NCBI RefSeq assembly: GCF_039654945.1
Contig: NW_027361696.1
Location: 60,760,001 to 60,824,000 of the forward strand
DNA length: 64,000 nt
Direction: 5' to 3'
From: Dendrobates tinctorius
Taxonomy: Eukaryota
The position numbers and the translations under genes are program-made. Of this stretch, positions 26,118 to 39,268 are shown one piece after another. How positions within the stretch are numbered: the first letter of the stretch is position 1; the number at the start of each line of letters is the position of its first letter. The notes under the pieces were generated by a model. It made no database searches. It worked only from the letters and a program-made list of their open reading frames with translations, and was not told where the DNA came from.

Positions 26118-26222
26118 TAAGTTTACTCTACGATTATCAGATGATTGTTAAGATGGCTTCCTCTAGAAAAGAGGTTGTCCTACTGGGGCAATGAAGTATA
26201 ATGTTTAAACTGTAGTTCTCTA

Positions 26223-27690
26223 CAGTTGCTATCAAAAGTATTCACTGCCTACTGCAAATTAGACTTTTTAGAAAAATGTGCAAGTTTTCTGCTGAAAGCA
26301 AAAATAAAAAAACAAGCAAAAAACAAACAAAAACAGCTTAAATAGCTCAGTGTAACAAATATATTACATTTTTTCTCCAAATTCACAAAATGTAATTTTT
26401 AAAAATTATTCAGCCTTATGATAGAATCCTTCATACGATTACTAATTTGCAAATCATGTGTTATGTCAAGGTCACCGGATGCAACTTATCAATGGTTTCA
26501 TTTAAGTGGCATCAGGTTTGCTTATAATAAAACAAATTAAATCCTTGGACTAGCAAGAGGGGTGTTTGTTGATTTGACATTTGACTGCATGTTAGACATA
26601 CGGCTAAGTCAAGAGAGAGGGCCAAAAAGTTAAGAGAAATGATCATTGCCTTGTACAAACTAGGAAAAGGATGCAAAAAAGTACAAGACATGTTTCTAGA
26701 GAAACAGATGAATGCAGCGTTCACAAGTTCAAAGTCACAGGAACATTGACAAAATTATCTGGATGTGTCAGAAGCTGTCACAGACAGCCACCAGCTTCCT
26801 GAGGTTGCCGGTAGTGAAACAAAACCCAAGTAACTGTAAAAGACTTGCAGCAAGATTTTATGGCAACAGGCACTGAGGTTTCAGTTTGCACAGTAAGGTG
26901 CATAATAAATGCTGGAGGACTCCATGTCATGTCTCCAACACATCACCTCTGCTGGCTCAAAAAACAAGAAATGTCAGGGTGGGAGCTCTAGTAATGCAGA
27001 TATGGGCTTGGTGATGCCTTTAGTGAAGCATGGTGGAGACTCTGTGATGCCTACAGTGAAGCACCGCAGTGGCTGGTCAAGCTCTGGGTCTGCTTTGCTT
27101 ACTCTGGCACTGGAAGCATGCAGCACATGGAGAACACGATGAATTCAACAAGTGTCAGGAAATCTCAGGACAAAATGTCATTCCTTCTAAGAAGAAGCTG
27201 AAGCTTGGACATCGTTGGACCATTCAACATGACAATGATTTCAAGCTTACCTCAAAGTCTAGCAAGGCTTGGTTTAAAAAAATTTCTGGAAGATTCTGAC
27301 TTGGCTGTCACAGTCGCCTGATTCAAACCCAATATGAAATTGGTGGGATTCGAATAAAGATGTTGCAGTAAACGCTAACCCAAGAATATGAGTGACTTGA
27401 AGGCTCATGAGATTTTGGGGTAAGATTCCTCAGGAATGCTTGCAGAAGCTGGTGTCTGGTGATGCATCATTTTTTCAGTGGGTCATAACAGCCAGAGAAG
27501 ATGTACTAAAGAGATTTGTCATGAAGAGGTGAATAATTCTGAGACTGCAGTATTCAGGAAAAGTAGTGATTTGTGTAGAATTTGGAGAAACCACTTGATA
27601 TATTAATTGTTGAGATATATAAATTGTTCTTCTTCAACAGAAGCTTTGTACTTTTTGCTAACAAACTTAGTTTGCAATTGGAGGCAGGGT
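26223..27690 (+). mobile_element. Old degenerate Tc1 copy
   Basis: Starts ta|cagttgctatcaaaagtattca; transposase remnants PTVKH, LKLGHRWTIQHDND, and a QSPD-like tcacagtcgcctga. The right end is uncertain. Confidence 0.7.
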
Positions 27691-28724
27691 GTGTTTTATT
27701 TGTGAGGGTTGTAAGCATTAGTCAACATGGTTTTAAAATGTCTACTACAAATGTTTTGTGGTGCTCGAACACCTCTAAGATTAATGAGTATGTACTGTAC
27801 ATTCAATAGGCTTCCCAAAATCTGTAGGTTTTGTCAACCACAAGAAAAACACACACATGGTAGTTTAACCCAACTCGAGCTGACGAGTCACAATTTTTGA
27901 GTGTTGTTGATTTCATTGCTCATAAAGAAACTGGTTTGACATTAGAATTTCAGGCAGGAGATGTAGATTTACTTTTATTCACGTTCTTGAAAAATAGTAG
28001 ACATGGGGTTTGTTTGACAAGGCCACAAGACTTGGTGCGACCATCAGCTATGGAAAAGCTAGAGTAGATGATGCCCTTGGTTCATTTATGAGGTTGTCAT
28101 AGCTTTAGCCAATCATTTTTCGTTCTATGGGTGTATTGTGCTTACCTTATAGGGGTTCCTCATAATTGACTATTTATGGCTTCAAAACTACCGTAAGTTT
28201 GATCCCTAAAAAAAGCAAAGTTCTACAGATCTATAGTATGTAGTCTAGGAGGACATTTTAATATGGCTTTCCACTTTGAGTGATTGGAAGGGGATCAGTC
28301 CATCAGTTCTCTTATTTAGGTACATCTCTTATTCTGAAGGTCCAGACTGGTCTAATATGGACAACCCATTATTCATTATTGTGTAATGCTACATTACTCC
28401 TGTGGTGGTGATGCAGTACATTCGTTCTTAGTTTACAGAGGACATCTTTTTAAACTTCAAGACAAACCAAAAATGTTCCACCAGTAAGAATAGAATCATA
28501 ATAACCTGAATATTGTAATAAGGATTTCCCTTTGAAACCTATCAATATCTCTAAAAGACGTTGAATTGTGAAACTATCCCCTGTTCATATGTCCTGTAAG
28601 CATTGTATGTATAGGGGGGATCTCTAACAACTGCCTTTGGTGCTTGGACAATGTTCTGGTGAACTTGATCCATGCTCATATACATGGATGACCAGTCACT
28701 CGAATGGATGTCATGTAATACTAT

Positions 28725-30603
28725 TGTAATGACCAGGCCAAACGTTCCCTGCTATCCACCCCCACACTGTGTCCGCAGCCGAAGGAATTATGACACACAC
28801 CGGTCTCGGGGATAACAGTTGCATTTACTTCAGCAGGAACGGGAATTATAACTTGGAACAAATAAGGAACAGTCTCTCATGGGTAGTCCACAGCAATTAC
28901 AGTTCACACTTAGGGGCCTGTCACACGTAGTGAGATCGCTAGCGAGATTGCTGATTTTGTGACGCATCAGCGATCTCGCTAGCGATCTCGCTGTGTGTGA
29001 CACCTATCAGTGACCGCCCCCCCCCCGCCGGGTATCGCTGATCGTGCTCTAATGTCCTGGGCCATTTTTTGATCGTTGGTCTCCTGCTGGCCAGGACGCA
29101 TCGCTGCGTGTGGCAGTGGGAGACCAATGATCAGCGAACTCCCAGCGCTGTAAGCAGACGCTGGGAACTGGTATCCAAGGTAAATATTGGATAACAAAGC
29201 GCGTACGTCTCTTAGTTACCCACTGTGTACCTTGGATACCAGCGTGCTCGCGCTGGGAGCTGGTATCCAAGGTAAACAGTGGGTAACTAAGTGCCGCACG
29301 CTTAGTTACCTGATATTTACCTTGGATACCAGCTCCCAGCGCGAGCACGCTGGTATCCAAGGTATATAGCGGGTAACTAAGTGACACCCATGCTTAGTTA
29401 CCCAATATTTACCTTGGATACCAGCATCCTTGCTGGTCCTGATCACTGGTGAGATCTGCCTGTTTGGCAGCTCACCAGCGATCATGTAGCGATGCACCAG
29501 CGATCCTGACCAGGTCGTATCGTTGTCGGGATCGCTGGTGCATCGTTTGGTGTGACGGTGTAGGGTCGGTGGGCCGGGCTGGGGAGTGGTCCCTCTGGAT
29601 ACCGCGCAGAGACGTACAGACACAAGCTGGAGGCAAGTTTCGGGTGCAAGAGGTCCAAGTTTATTCTTTCCTTTGCCGTCCGCCAGACGGCCTCACAGCA
29701 CACCGCACTTTCCTTCACAATTCTCTGGTTACAGAACACAGGGTGACACACTTTCTCCAGGGACGTATCTTTAGGTACCGTCCCCTTTTACACTCAGTGA
29801 CACACTGACAGCTCCGTCACTGTGGCTGCCTTAGGCCTATACACCAACAGTAATGTTACTGGTCAAGCATCGGTCCAATACGGTGTCTCACACCCAGAGC
29901 CTCGTCTATACTGCGGTACTTCGTGTCAGGACCACTCTCCTGACTTTCTCTCTCCTAAGTCCCCCTGGTTGGGTTTTCCTCACAGTGCAGCAACTGTCAC
30001 AGTCTCTTCGTCACTTGAGCTCCCCCTGGGGACTAGAACTTTCTGGAACTCTCCTGTCAAATTTATAGCTTTCCCAGTTCCCTATAACTCCGCCCCCCAT
30101 GACCAACGGTTTCTTAGCCCTAAGCTGATGTCAAGTCCTATGCTCACACTCCTCCCTGCCCTCTAATGTCAGTTCAAGGTACTGCACGTCACCTACACTT
30201 TCCTAACTGTTTTCCCTTTTGAAATCAGACCAGTCAGTCTGTCCGTCAGGTCACCTTCCGTACAACGGGACCCTTAGATGCTGAGATGTGATTGGGGTCT
30301 GGAGCTTTAAGAGCACTGGACAGTGTCTTTTGGTAGTTTGCAGAAGGAGGTAGATGCAGCAATTAGAGGTTACAGACCTGTACTCGGGGTTAGCTCGACA
30401 GTGTGTCACGGCACGTGCACAAGTACTTATAGGTGAATGTAAAAACTGTGGTGAATCCAGTCTCCACATGTGTTCTGTTCTCCCTGAAGGCATACCTCAG
30501 ACTAAAGAACATTCTAGACTTGCCTGGAAAACAGCTCCTCCTATTGACCATGTGACTAGGAGCTGGCCAATAGGACACTGAATTCACATCTCAGATCATT
30601 ACA
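28725..30603. mobile_element. LTR-like remnant containing a Harbinger MITE
   Basis: TGTAATGA and TCATTACA inverted termini; LTR-like composition; no TSD, so the limits are uncertain. Confidence 0.3.
28913..29560. mobile_element. PIF/Harbinger-like MITE with internal ggtatccaaggt/accttggatacc inverted-repeat array
   Basis: tta|GGGGCCTGTCACAC left end; right end gtgtgacggt appears truncated; shares terminal regions with the other agcgat MITEs. Confidence 0.75.
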
Positions 30604-30853
30604 AAACAATAATTATGAGTCATTGTACACTTTCACCATTAGATGGCGAAAGAACACAGCAAATCAGAACTGCATTGCATCTAACATGGAGGTGCCTAGA
30701 AATGGAGAATTACAGCTCACATAGAGGGGTAGTTAGAGAGTGAGCTGTAGTGTGCAGAAGCTACTCACAGTCCAGGATTACTTAAAGGAACGGACACACT
30801 CTGGACTGGGTCACTAGACTAGATTTAAGTCTAAAGCAGGGGCAGATTATTAA

Positions 30854-31253
30854 AGGGAATTTGTCAGAGAAGCATAATGTAGGGGGAGAGCACCTGATTC
30901 CAGGTATGTGCCCCTAGCTCAGCAGCTGGTTGTAGTTTCAATAAAATCTGTGTTTTATCAGCAGAAGATTATCACTGCAGGACTAGGTGTTGTGCGATAG
31001 GCATTCCAGCTAGTCTGGGTAACCATGTCCCCACCACTGATTTGCAGCTTGCTGAAAGTGTACACAGAAAGTTGCCAATCTGTGGTGTGGGCAGGGTTAT
31101 ACACATCTCAGAATTCTGAACACTGCTGGATCTGCAGCAGAGAAATCAGGGATTCTATCAAAACTTCACCAAGCAGCCTAGTAAGTGATACATCACTGGA
31201 ATCAGGCTCTCTGCCCCTACATCATGCAGCAAACAAGTGCTGACAGATTCCCT
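30854..31253. mobile_element. Kolobok/T2-like MITE (TTAA TSD)
   Basis: ttaa|AGGGAATTTGTCAG...CTGACAGATTCCCT|ttaa. Confidence 0.85.
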
Positions 31254-31848
31254 TTAACTGCCCACTGATTTAGCAAAATCAGTTGTTTGGCCAAAGTTCC
31301 CAGAGCAGCACCTGGGATGACCAGATGCTTTTGTCAGCATTTTGGAAGGGGCTGTCTCCAAACATACAATCCCTTTATGCCAAATCTTTGGTTACAGCTA
31401 TAGTCACAAATGGAGATGTCCCTCAGGTAATTAGCTGAAATATTTAATTTTATACTAACTTCTGAAGCTTTTTGCTGCCTTAGTTTGTTCACCGATTTTA
31501 AAGGTTTTAAAGATGGTTAGATTTCCAAAGAATTTGTAAAAAACAGCCAACTTTGCAATTTACAGTGCTTATTATTAAAAATTGGCCACGTTCGCCTCAA
31601 ATCTTTACTTTTCTATTTGATATTATTTAGTTTCAGTCCCACCCAGGCTGTGCATCTGATTCCGCAGAGGCAAGGCTGACTCATACACAGCGCGAGATAT
31701 GTCAATCAATCAGGAGTATCATCCCAGCAGTCAGGAAATCAGGAGGATGAAAAAATAAACATATTGTTTATTCTTTAAGGAGGTACCACTGATATAGAAG
31801 ATGGGCTGTGTTTTGCATTTCTATGAAAAGTTTGTGAGTCTTTTGGTA

Positions 31849-33837
31849 CAGTGGGGAAAAAAGTATTTAAGGGCCCGTTACACATAGCGATATCGCTAGC
31901 AATATTGCTATAACGTCACTGGCTTTGTGACGTTATAGCGATATTGTTAGCGATATCGCTACATGTGATACTTACCTCTGACCGGCTCCCCCGCTGGTTA
32001 TCACTGATCGCGCGAGAACGGCCTGGGCCGTTTCTCGTCGTCAGCTTCCTGCTGGGCTTCCTGCTGTGGCGATGAGCGACGCGTGGACTCGGGCGGGAGA
32101 ACGTCTTCATCGCCTCGTCTGACAGGTAAGTAGCGACCGCCGACCGCTGCTATGTCGCTGGTGAGATCTGCCTGTTTGGCAGCTCACTAGCGACCACTTA
32201 GCGATGCACCAGCGATCCTGACCGCGTCATATCATTGTCGGGAACGCTGGTGCATCGCTAAGTGTAACGGTACCCTTAGTCAGCCACCAATTGTGCAAGT
32301 TCTCCCACTTAAAAAGATGACAGAGGCCTGTAATTGACACCATAGGTAGACCACAACTATGAGAGTCAAAATGAGAAAACAAATCCAGAAAATCACCTTG
32401 TCTGATTTGGCAAGATTTATTTTGCAAATAACGGTGGAAAATAAGTATTTGGCCATTAACAAAAGTTCATCTCAATATTTTGTTATATATCCCGTGTTGG
32501 CAATGACAGAGGTCAAACGTTTTCTGTAAGTCTCACAAGATTGGCACACACTGTTGGTGGTATGTTGGCCCATTCCACCATGCAGATCTCTTCTAGAGCA
32601 GTGATGTTTTGGGCCTGTTACTGGACAACATGGATTATCAAATACCTCCAAAGGTTTTCTATGGGGTTGAGATCTGGAGACTGACTAGGCCACTCCAAGA
32701 CCTTCATATGCTTCTTACGAAGCCACTCCTTCATTGCCCTGGTGGTGTGCTTGGGAGCAATATCATGCTGAAAGACCCATCCAAGTTTCATCTTCATCGA
32801 TCTTGCTGATGGAAGGAGGTTTGCACTCAAAATCTCACGATACATGGCCCCATTCATTCTTTCATGTACACGGATCAATCGTCCTGATCCCTTTGCAGAG
32901 AAACAGCCCCAAAGCATGATGTTGCCAGCCCATGCTTCACAGTAGGTATGGTGTTCTATAGATGCAACTCAGCATTCTGTCTCCTCCAAACATGATGAGT
33001 TTTGTTCCTACCAAATAGTTCTACTTTGATTTCATCAGACCATATGACATTCTCCCAATACTCTTCTGGATAATCCAAATGCTCTCTAGCAAACTTCAGA
33101 TGTGCTTGGACATGTACTAGCTTAAACAGGGGGACACATTTGGCACTGTAGGATCTGAGTCCCTGGCGGATGGTAGCCTTTGTTACGGTGTTCCCAGCTC
33201 TATGCAGGTCATTCACTAGGTCCCCCATCTGGTTCTGGGATTTTTGCTCAATGTTCTTGTGATCATTTTGACCCCACGGGGTGAGATCTTGCGTGGAGCC
33301 CCAGATCAAGGGAGATTATCAGTGGTCTTGTATGTCTTCCATTTTCTTATTATTGCTCCCACAGTTGATTTCATCACACCAAGCGGCTTGTCTATTGCAG
33401 ATTCAGTCTTCCCAGCCTGGTGCAGGGTACAATTTTGTTTCTGGTGTCCTTCGACAGCTCTTTGGTCTTTACCATAGTGGAGTTTGGAGTGTGACTGTTT
33501 GAGGTTGTGGACAGATGTCTTTTATACTGATAACAAGTTCAAACAGGTGCCATTACTACAGGTAATGAGTGGAGGACAGAGGAGCCTCTTAAAGAAGAAG
33601 TTACAGGTTTGTGAGAGCCAGAAATCTTGCATGATTTTAGGTGACCAAATACTTATTTTCCACCATAGTTTGAAAAATAAATCTTACCAAATCAGACAAG
33701 GTGATTTTCTGGATTTGTTTTCTCATTTTGACTCTCATAGTTGTAGTCTAGCTATGATGTCAATAACAGGCCTCTCTCCTCTTTTTAAGTGGAAGAACTT
33801 GCACAATTGGCGGCAGACTAAATACTTTTCCCCACTG
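31849..33837 (-). mobile_element. Degenerate Tc1 related to 15154-16757, with a MITE inserted in one TIR
   Basis: TA|CAGTGGGGAAAA...TTTTCCCCACTG|TA; transposase fragments at 32618-33477 are colinear with the 15-kb copy. Confidence 0.92.
31870..32275. mobile_element. PIF/Harbinger-like MITE (TTA TSD) inside a Tc1 TIR
   Basis: aagtat tta|AGGGCCCGTTACAC...GTGTAACGGTACCC|tta gtcagcc; removing it restores the TIR aagtatttagtc. Confidence 0.88.
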
Positions 33838-33947
33838 TAGCTATTTGAAGAACTTATTCACATTGCATGAAACAGAGAGAAAACACGGTGCAGAGTGATG
33901 AAACATAAGGACATCTCTGATCTCCTACTTTTTAGGTGTTTAATGTG

Positions 33948-34245
33948 TTCCAAAATTGCTGGAACTCCAAATTATATCATGCCTAAAAATTAAATGAGGT
34001 AAAGGGGCTTGCTGACTGGTCCATTTAAATAACTAAGTCATCCCTCTTTTTATCAAGGCTAGCAAAGAGAGAGAAGTGGGCTGGCTGACGGGCTCAATGC
34101 CGTAGCTAAGCCAGCCCCCTTCTCTCTCTCTCTGCTAGGGAGGGATGGCTTAGTTATTTAAATGAACCAGTCAGCCAGCCCCCTTCACCTCTTCTAATTT
34201 TTAGAAGTGATGAATTTTAATTTTTTAACTCCAGCTATTTTGGAA
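33948..34245. repeat. Imperfect palindrome of about 300 bp (MITE-like) just upstream of trypsin exon 4
   Basis: ttccaaaattgctgga...gctgactggtccatttaaataactaagtcatccct versus agggatggcttagttatttaaatgaaccagtcagc...tccagctattttggaa. Confidence 0.75.
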
Positions 34246-34324
34246 TACATTAAAAAGGCAGAAATCAATATGTATGACAATATTTTTAACTCTGACAATT
34301 ATTTATTTTTCTTTTTTTTTGCAG

Positions 34325-34461
34325 TTCAGTATCCAGATAGCTTACAATGTTTGGATGTTCCTGTTCTTTCCACCTCAAGCTGTAAATCTTCTTATCCAAA
34401 CAAAATCACCAATAATATGTTCTGCGCCGGTTACTTAGAGGGAGGAAAGGACTCGTGTCAG
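34325..34461 (+). CDS. Trypsinogen-like protease exon 4 (Asp189)
   Basis: ttttgcag|TT CAG TAT; 137 nt; encodes [45 protein letters not shown]; donor gtaagt. Confidence 0.96.
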
Positions 34462-34597
34462 GTAAGTATGGACAGAAAGATGTGTCTCATTACATTCATT
34501 GGGACTAGTCTTATGGGAAGGGAAAGTAAGGGGGGACTTATGACAGCTTCTTTTTATGCTTTCTCGCTGTAAGGACAATTCCTGGTGTAATGGCTAA

Positions 34598-34974
34598 GGG
34601 TATGTTTCCACGATCAGCATTGACAGCACTTTGGACACAGCTCCGTCCAAAGCGCTGACGGCTTTTGTACGTGCGGTGATTCCGGATGTGTTCATTGAAC
34701 CATGCGGAATCACCACATCCTATACATTGGACTGTGAAATTTATCTTGCAGAGACTGAGCGTCTCCACAAGATAAATAGACATGCTGCGATCTATATAGA
34801 CGCACCGAATGTCGGGTTACGCAAGGAAGCCGGAGGTGGCCCTGCACGCAGAGTGGAGATGGGATTTCATAAAATCCCCTCCACTATGCTGTATCATCTG
34901 GCCACTGCGGATTGGACACTGTGGCTGTATGTAGCATCCAATCCGCAGCGTTTCCTGACCGTGGAAACATACCC
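34598..34974. mobile_element. PIF/Harbinger-like MITE (TAA TSD)
   Basis: taa|GGGTATGTTTCCACG...CGTGGAAACATACCC|taa; perfect 15-bp TIR. Confidence 0.85.
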
Positions 34975-35473
34975 TAAACTGGGCCAATCAGATGTTATTT
35001 CCTTGCTATTCCCAATCTTTGGCACAGAGTAAAAACTGCAGCTGCATCTCCCTGCTCATATATTTCTCATTAGATGCACATTCCTCTGCAGCTATCAATG
35101 TTTTTTACGTGGGAAGTTGGAGGAATTAACTTTTCTCTTAGATGTTTTACAAATCGTACAATATATACTGTATATATATATGTTTTATTAATAACTAGTC
35201 TTATCTGCCATAAAAAACTTGAAACATAAAAAGAAGCCAACTCTTAAGTGTGATTGTTTCCCATAAAATAACAATCACCTTTTTCTAAACTTTATGTTCC
35301 TCTGTTATTACCCTGGGAAATGGATACATTGGCAACTGGGTACTACTGATGAGCAACTCAATTTAGGCTGCCTAGTTGGGTTCCCATTTGACGGCCGGCT
35401 ATTGCTTCTGTGCTTGGCTTCCTTGGGCCTGAATCCTTGGTTCCTCTGCCACTTACTAGTCATTAGGTATCAC

Positions 35474-37398
35474 CAGGGCCAGACTGTCCATCTGGCAATT
35501 CTGGCAAATGCCAGAAGGGCCTGTCTGATTGTGGCCACCTTGTCTACTACATTGTTAACAGAATTGGTGTTCTCAAGACACCCATATTGTTAAGAGTTGT
35601 GACAGAACTCAAAGTTGCTGACTCCGTCACTTACCACAATAGGCCACAGGTATCATTAGAAATATTGGTCTTGTAGTAAATCTTGCTTTCCTCCATCCAG
35701 GGTAATCTAATATATAAAGCTCAAGTGTGTGTGTGTGTATGTATGTATGTGTGTATGTCCGGGATTGGCATCCGCACCGTCGCAGCTACAGCCACAAAAT
35801 TTGGCACAGTCACACGTCTGGACCCCAAGAGTGTCCTAGGCTATGTTGTGAGGCAAAATTTTAACCCTGTGCGTTCCAATTCACAATACAATTCTGGCCC
35901 TATCTACATAATGGGGAAAAAGTGTGTGCGTATCAAGCCCCGCCCCTCATTATGATGTCATAATGGTTGCCATGGCGACGCTGATGTCATCATAGGTTGC
36001 AAGCCCCGCCGCTCATTATGATGTCATAATGGTTGACTATGGGATGGAGGATGTGTGATGGGTATATGGGCACTGGACTATGGGATGGAGGATATGTATG
36101 ACGGGTATATGGGCACGGGACTATGGGATGGAGGATATGTGATGGGTATATGGGCACTGGACTATGGGATGGAGGATATATATGACCGGTATATGGGCAT
36201 GGGACTATGGGATGGCGGATATGTATGATGGGTATATGGGCACGGGACTATGGGATGGAGGATATGTATGATGGGTATATGGGCATGGGACTATGAGATG
36301 AAGGATGTGTGATGGGTATATGGGCACTCGATTATGGGATGGCGAATATGTATGATGGGTATATGGGCATGGGACTTTGGGATGGAGGATGTGTGATGGG
36401 TATATGGGCACTCGACTATGGGATGGAGGATAATTATAATTTGCTATAGCTAACCACAGTTAGTTACTATGCCCGGGCAGCGCCGGGCTCTTCAGCTAGT
36501 CTAATATATAAAGCTCAAGTGTGTGTGTGTATGTATGTATGTATGTATGTGTGTATGTCCAGGATTCGCATTCGCACCGTCGCAGCTACAGCCACAAAAT
36601 TTGGCACAGTCACACGTCTGGACCCCGAGAGTGTTCTAGGCTATGTTGTGAGGCGAAATTTTAACCCCGCGCGTTCCAATCCACCAAACAATTTTGCCCC
36701 TATCTACATAATGGGGAAAAAGTGTGTGTGTATCAAGCCCCGCCCCTCATTATGATGTCATAATGGTTGCCATGGCGACCCTGATGTCATCATAAGTTGC
36801 AAGCCCCGCCGTTCATTATGATGTCATAATGGTTGACTATGGGATGGAGGATGTGTGATGGGTATATGGGCACTGGACTATGGGATGGAGGATATGTATG
36901 ACGGGTATATGGGCACGGGACTATGGGATGGCGGATATGTATGATGGGTATATGGGCACGGGACTATGGGATGGAGGATATGTATGATAGGTATATGGGC
37001 ATGGGACTATGGGAAGGAGGATATGTGATGGGTATATGGGCATGGGACTATGGGATGGAGGATGTGTGATGGGTATATGGGCATGGGACTATGAGATGGG
37101 GGATATGTGATGGGTATATGGGCATTCGACTATGGGATGGAGGATATGTATGATGGGTATATGGGCACGGGCCTATGGGATCGTGGCTATGTATGATGGG
37201 TATATGGGCACGGGACTATGGGATGGAGGATAATTATAATTTGCTAAAACTAACCACAGTTAGTTACTATGCCCGGGCAGCACCGGGCTCTTCAGCTAGT
37301 ATTAGTAATATATCCCATCTGGTGCTTGGGGATGGGGACAGCATGGGACTGTGTGATTTCAAATGCCAGGGCTGAATATCAGCCCCAGTCTGTACCTG
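35474..37398. mobile_element. Non-autonomous hAT element hosting the Helitron dimer
   Basis: ggtatcac|CAGGGCCAGACTG...CAGTCTGTACCTG|ggtgtcac; 8-bp TSD with one mismatch. Confidence 0.75.
35706..37299 (+). mobile_element. Head-to-tail dimer of a non-autonomous Helitron (35706-36499 and 36500-37299)
   Basis: A|TCTAATATATAAAGC...GCCCGGGCAGCGCCGGGC-tcttcag-CTAG|TCTAATATATAAAGC...CTAG|T: 5' TC, 3' hairpin plus CTAG, inserted between A and T, no TSD. Each unit carries a 41-43-bp minisatellite. Confidence 0.9.
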
Positions 37399-38695
37399 GG
37401 TGTCACGCACAATCATGACATGCGTCATGGTGACTACTAAGCGCTACATGTACCAGTTCGAGGTTCCCAGGTTCTGGAAGTGGAGACTGACTGCCATAGA
37501 GGACTGGATACAGTGTAAAGTCAATTGCTCATCTCTTCAACTGGGTGGTACTATTCTTCTCCTTGCCCAGTCCGACACTGCCCAACCAATGTCTGCAGTG
37601 TCACAATGTGGGTAACTTGAGTCTTGTGGGCTCCAATGCAAAAGCTACAACAGGGCCCGTAATAGTCTTTAACAGTAATGTTATTTTCACATGGGCCAAA
37701 CGGGCCTTTTGGGGCAACTATGCTCCAGGGCTCGGGTTGATTGCAACCCTTCCACCTATCAAAGTTATGCCCCTGGAGATACATGCTAATGCTATGGATT
37801 ACCCAATTGTCAAATTTTCATACAACGCCGAGAGGAATAAAAGAAACAACACAGTGTTGATCAAACATGAATTAGTATTAATACTGGTCACCAAAAAGTT
37901 GCAAAATTAGCACTTGGCCATGAGGGCATGTTGTGACTTGTAGTTTTGAACCAGGAATAATAACTGATGCGGGCAGTAACATTTCTGTAATGTAGAAGCT
38001 GTTCTCCCATGCAGGGCTACGATGACACCGTCTGACACATCCACCACCTAAACACAACATGATATCAATCATCAGTTGGGTCATGCCGTGAGAATTTTCT
38101 TTTGTAACTTTTTCTCATTGCATTAATATGTAAAGTTCTGTGGTCACGTTACTTTACTGTTCAGAGTTCACGACCCGACAGAGTCATAATGAAAGGCTCA
38201 ATTTTAGCATTAGGATATTCTCTACGTGCAAAAATATATACACTGACTAATTCCAGCGATATGGAATAGATCATGCAGTGCTGGATTGGAAAGAACGTGC
38301 TCATTGTCTGACCATTTGGGTCTCACTAAGGACCGGTAACAGGACCTTTGAGTAACAGAGTCTCGCTGGACGACTCTTCGCTTTGATGTTTCCACCCTTC
38401 CTCCCAAGAACTATAATTTTTCCTATTTTTCGATTGATAGAGTTATATTTTGCAGTACGAGCTGTAGTTTTAAGCATTACCAATTTGGGGTCTATATAAC
38501 TTTCTCTTGTCTTTTTATTCAATTCAATTTTCGGAGAGGCAAATTAACTAAAAAACATCGATTCTGGGAGTTTTTTTTCCAGTTTCAGTATTCACTATAT
38601 GTAATAGATATTATTATATTTTATTAGTTTAATTTTTTGTATTTTTTAGATTTTATTTAACCACTGGGAGAAGGGGAGTGATTTAAACTTTTATG

Positions 38696-39268
38696 TCCAA
38701 TCTGTGGACGTCGGGCCCTCAGACCATCCTCATGGAGTCGGTTTCTAACCGTTTGTGCAGACACATGCACATTGTGGCCTGCTGGAGATCATTTTGCAGG
38801 GCTCTGGCAGTGCTCCTCCTGTTCCTCCTTGCACAAAGGCGGAAGTAGCGGTCCTGCTGCTGGGTTGTTGTCCTCCTACGGCCCCCTCCATGCCTCCTGG
38901 TGCACTGGCCTGTCTCCTGGTAGCGCCTCCAGCCTCTGGACACTACACTGACAGACACAGCAAACCTTCTTGCCACAGCTCGCATTGCCATGCTGTGGCA
39001 TGCTGGATGAGCTGCACTACCTGAGCCACTTGTGTAGGTTGTAGAGTCTGTCTCATGCTACCATGAGTGTGAAAGCACAACCAACATTCAAAAGTGACTA
39101 AAACATTAGCCAGAAAGCATTGATACTAAGAAGTGGTCTGTGGTCCCCACCTGCAGAACCTCTCCTTTATTGAGGGTGTCTTGATAATTGCCAATAATTT
39201 CCATCTGTTGTCTATTCCAATTGCACAACAGCATGTGAAATTGATTGACAATCAGTGTTGCTTCCTAA
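38696..39268 (-). mobile_element. Tc1-like fragment (N-terminal HTH and 5' region)
   Basis: ORF 38991-38719 reads [26 protein letters not shown]...QQQDRYFRLCARRNRRSTARALQNDLQQA. It is cut by a Harbinger MITE end (agggcccgttac at 39269). Confidence 0.8.
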
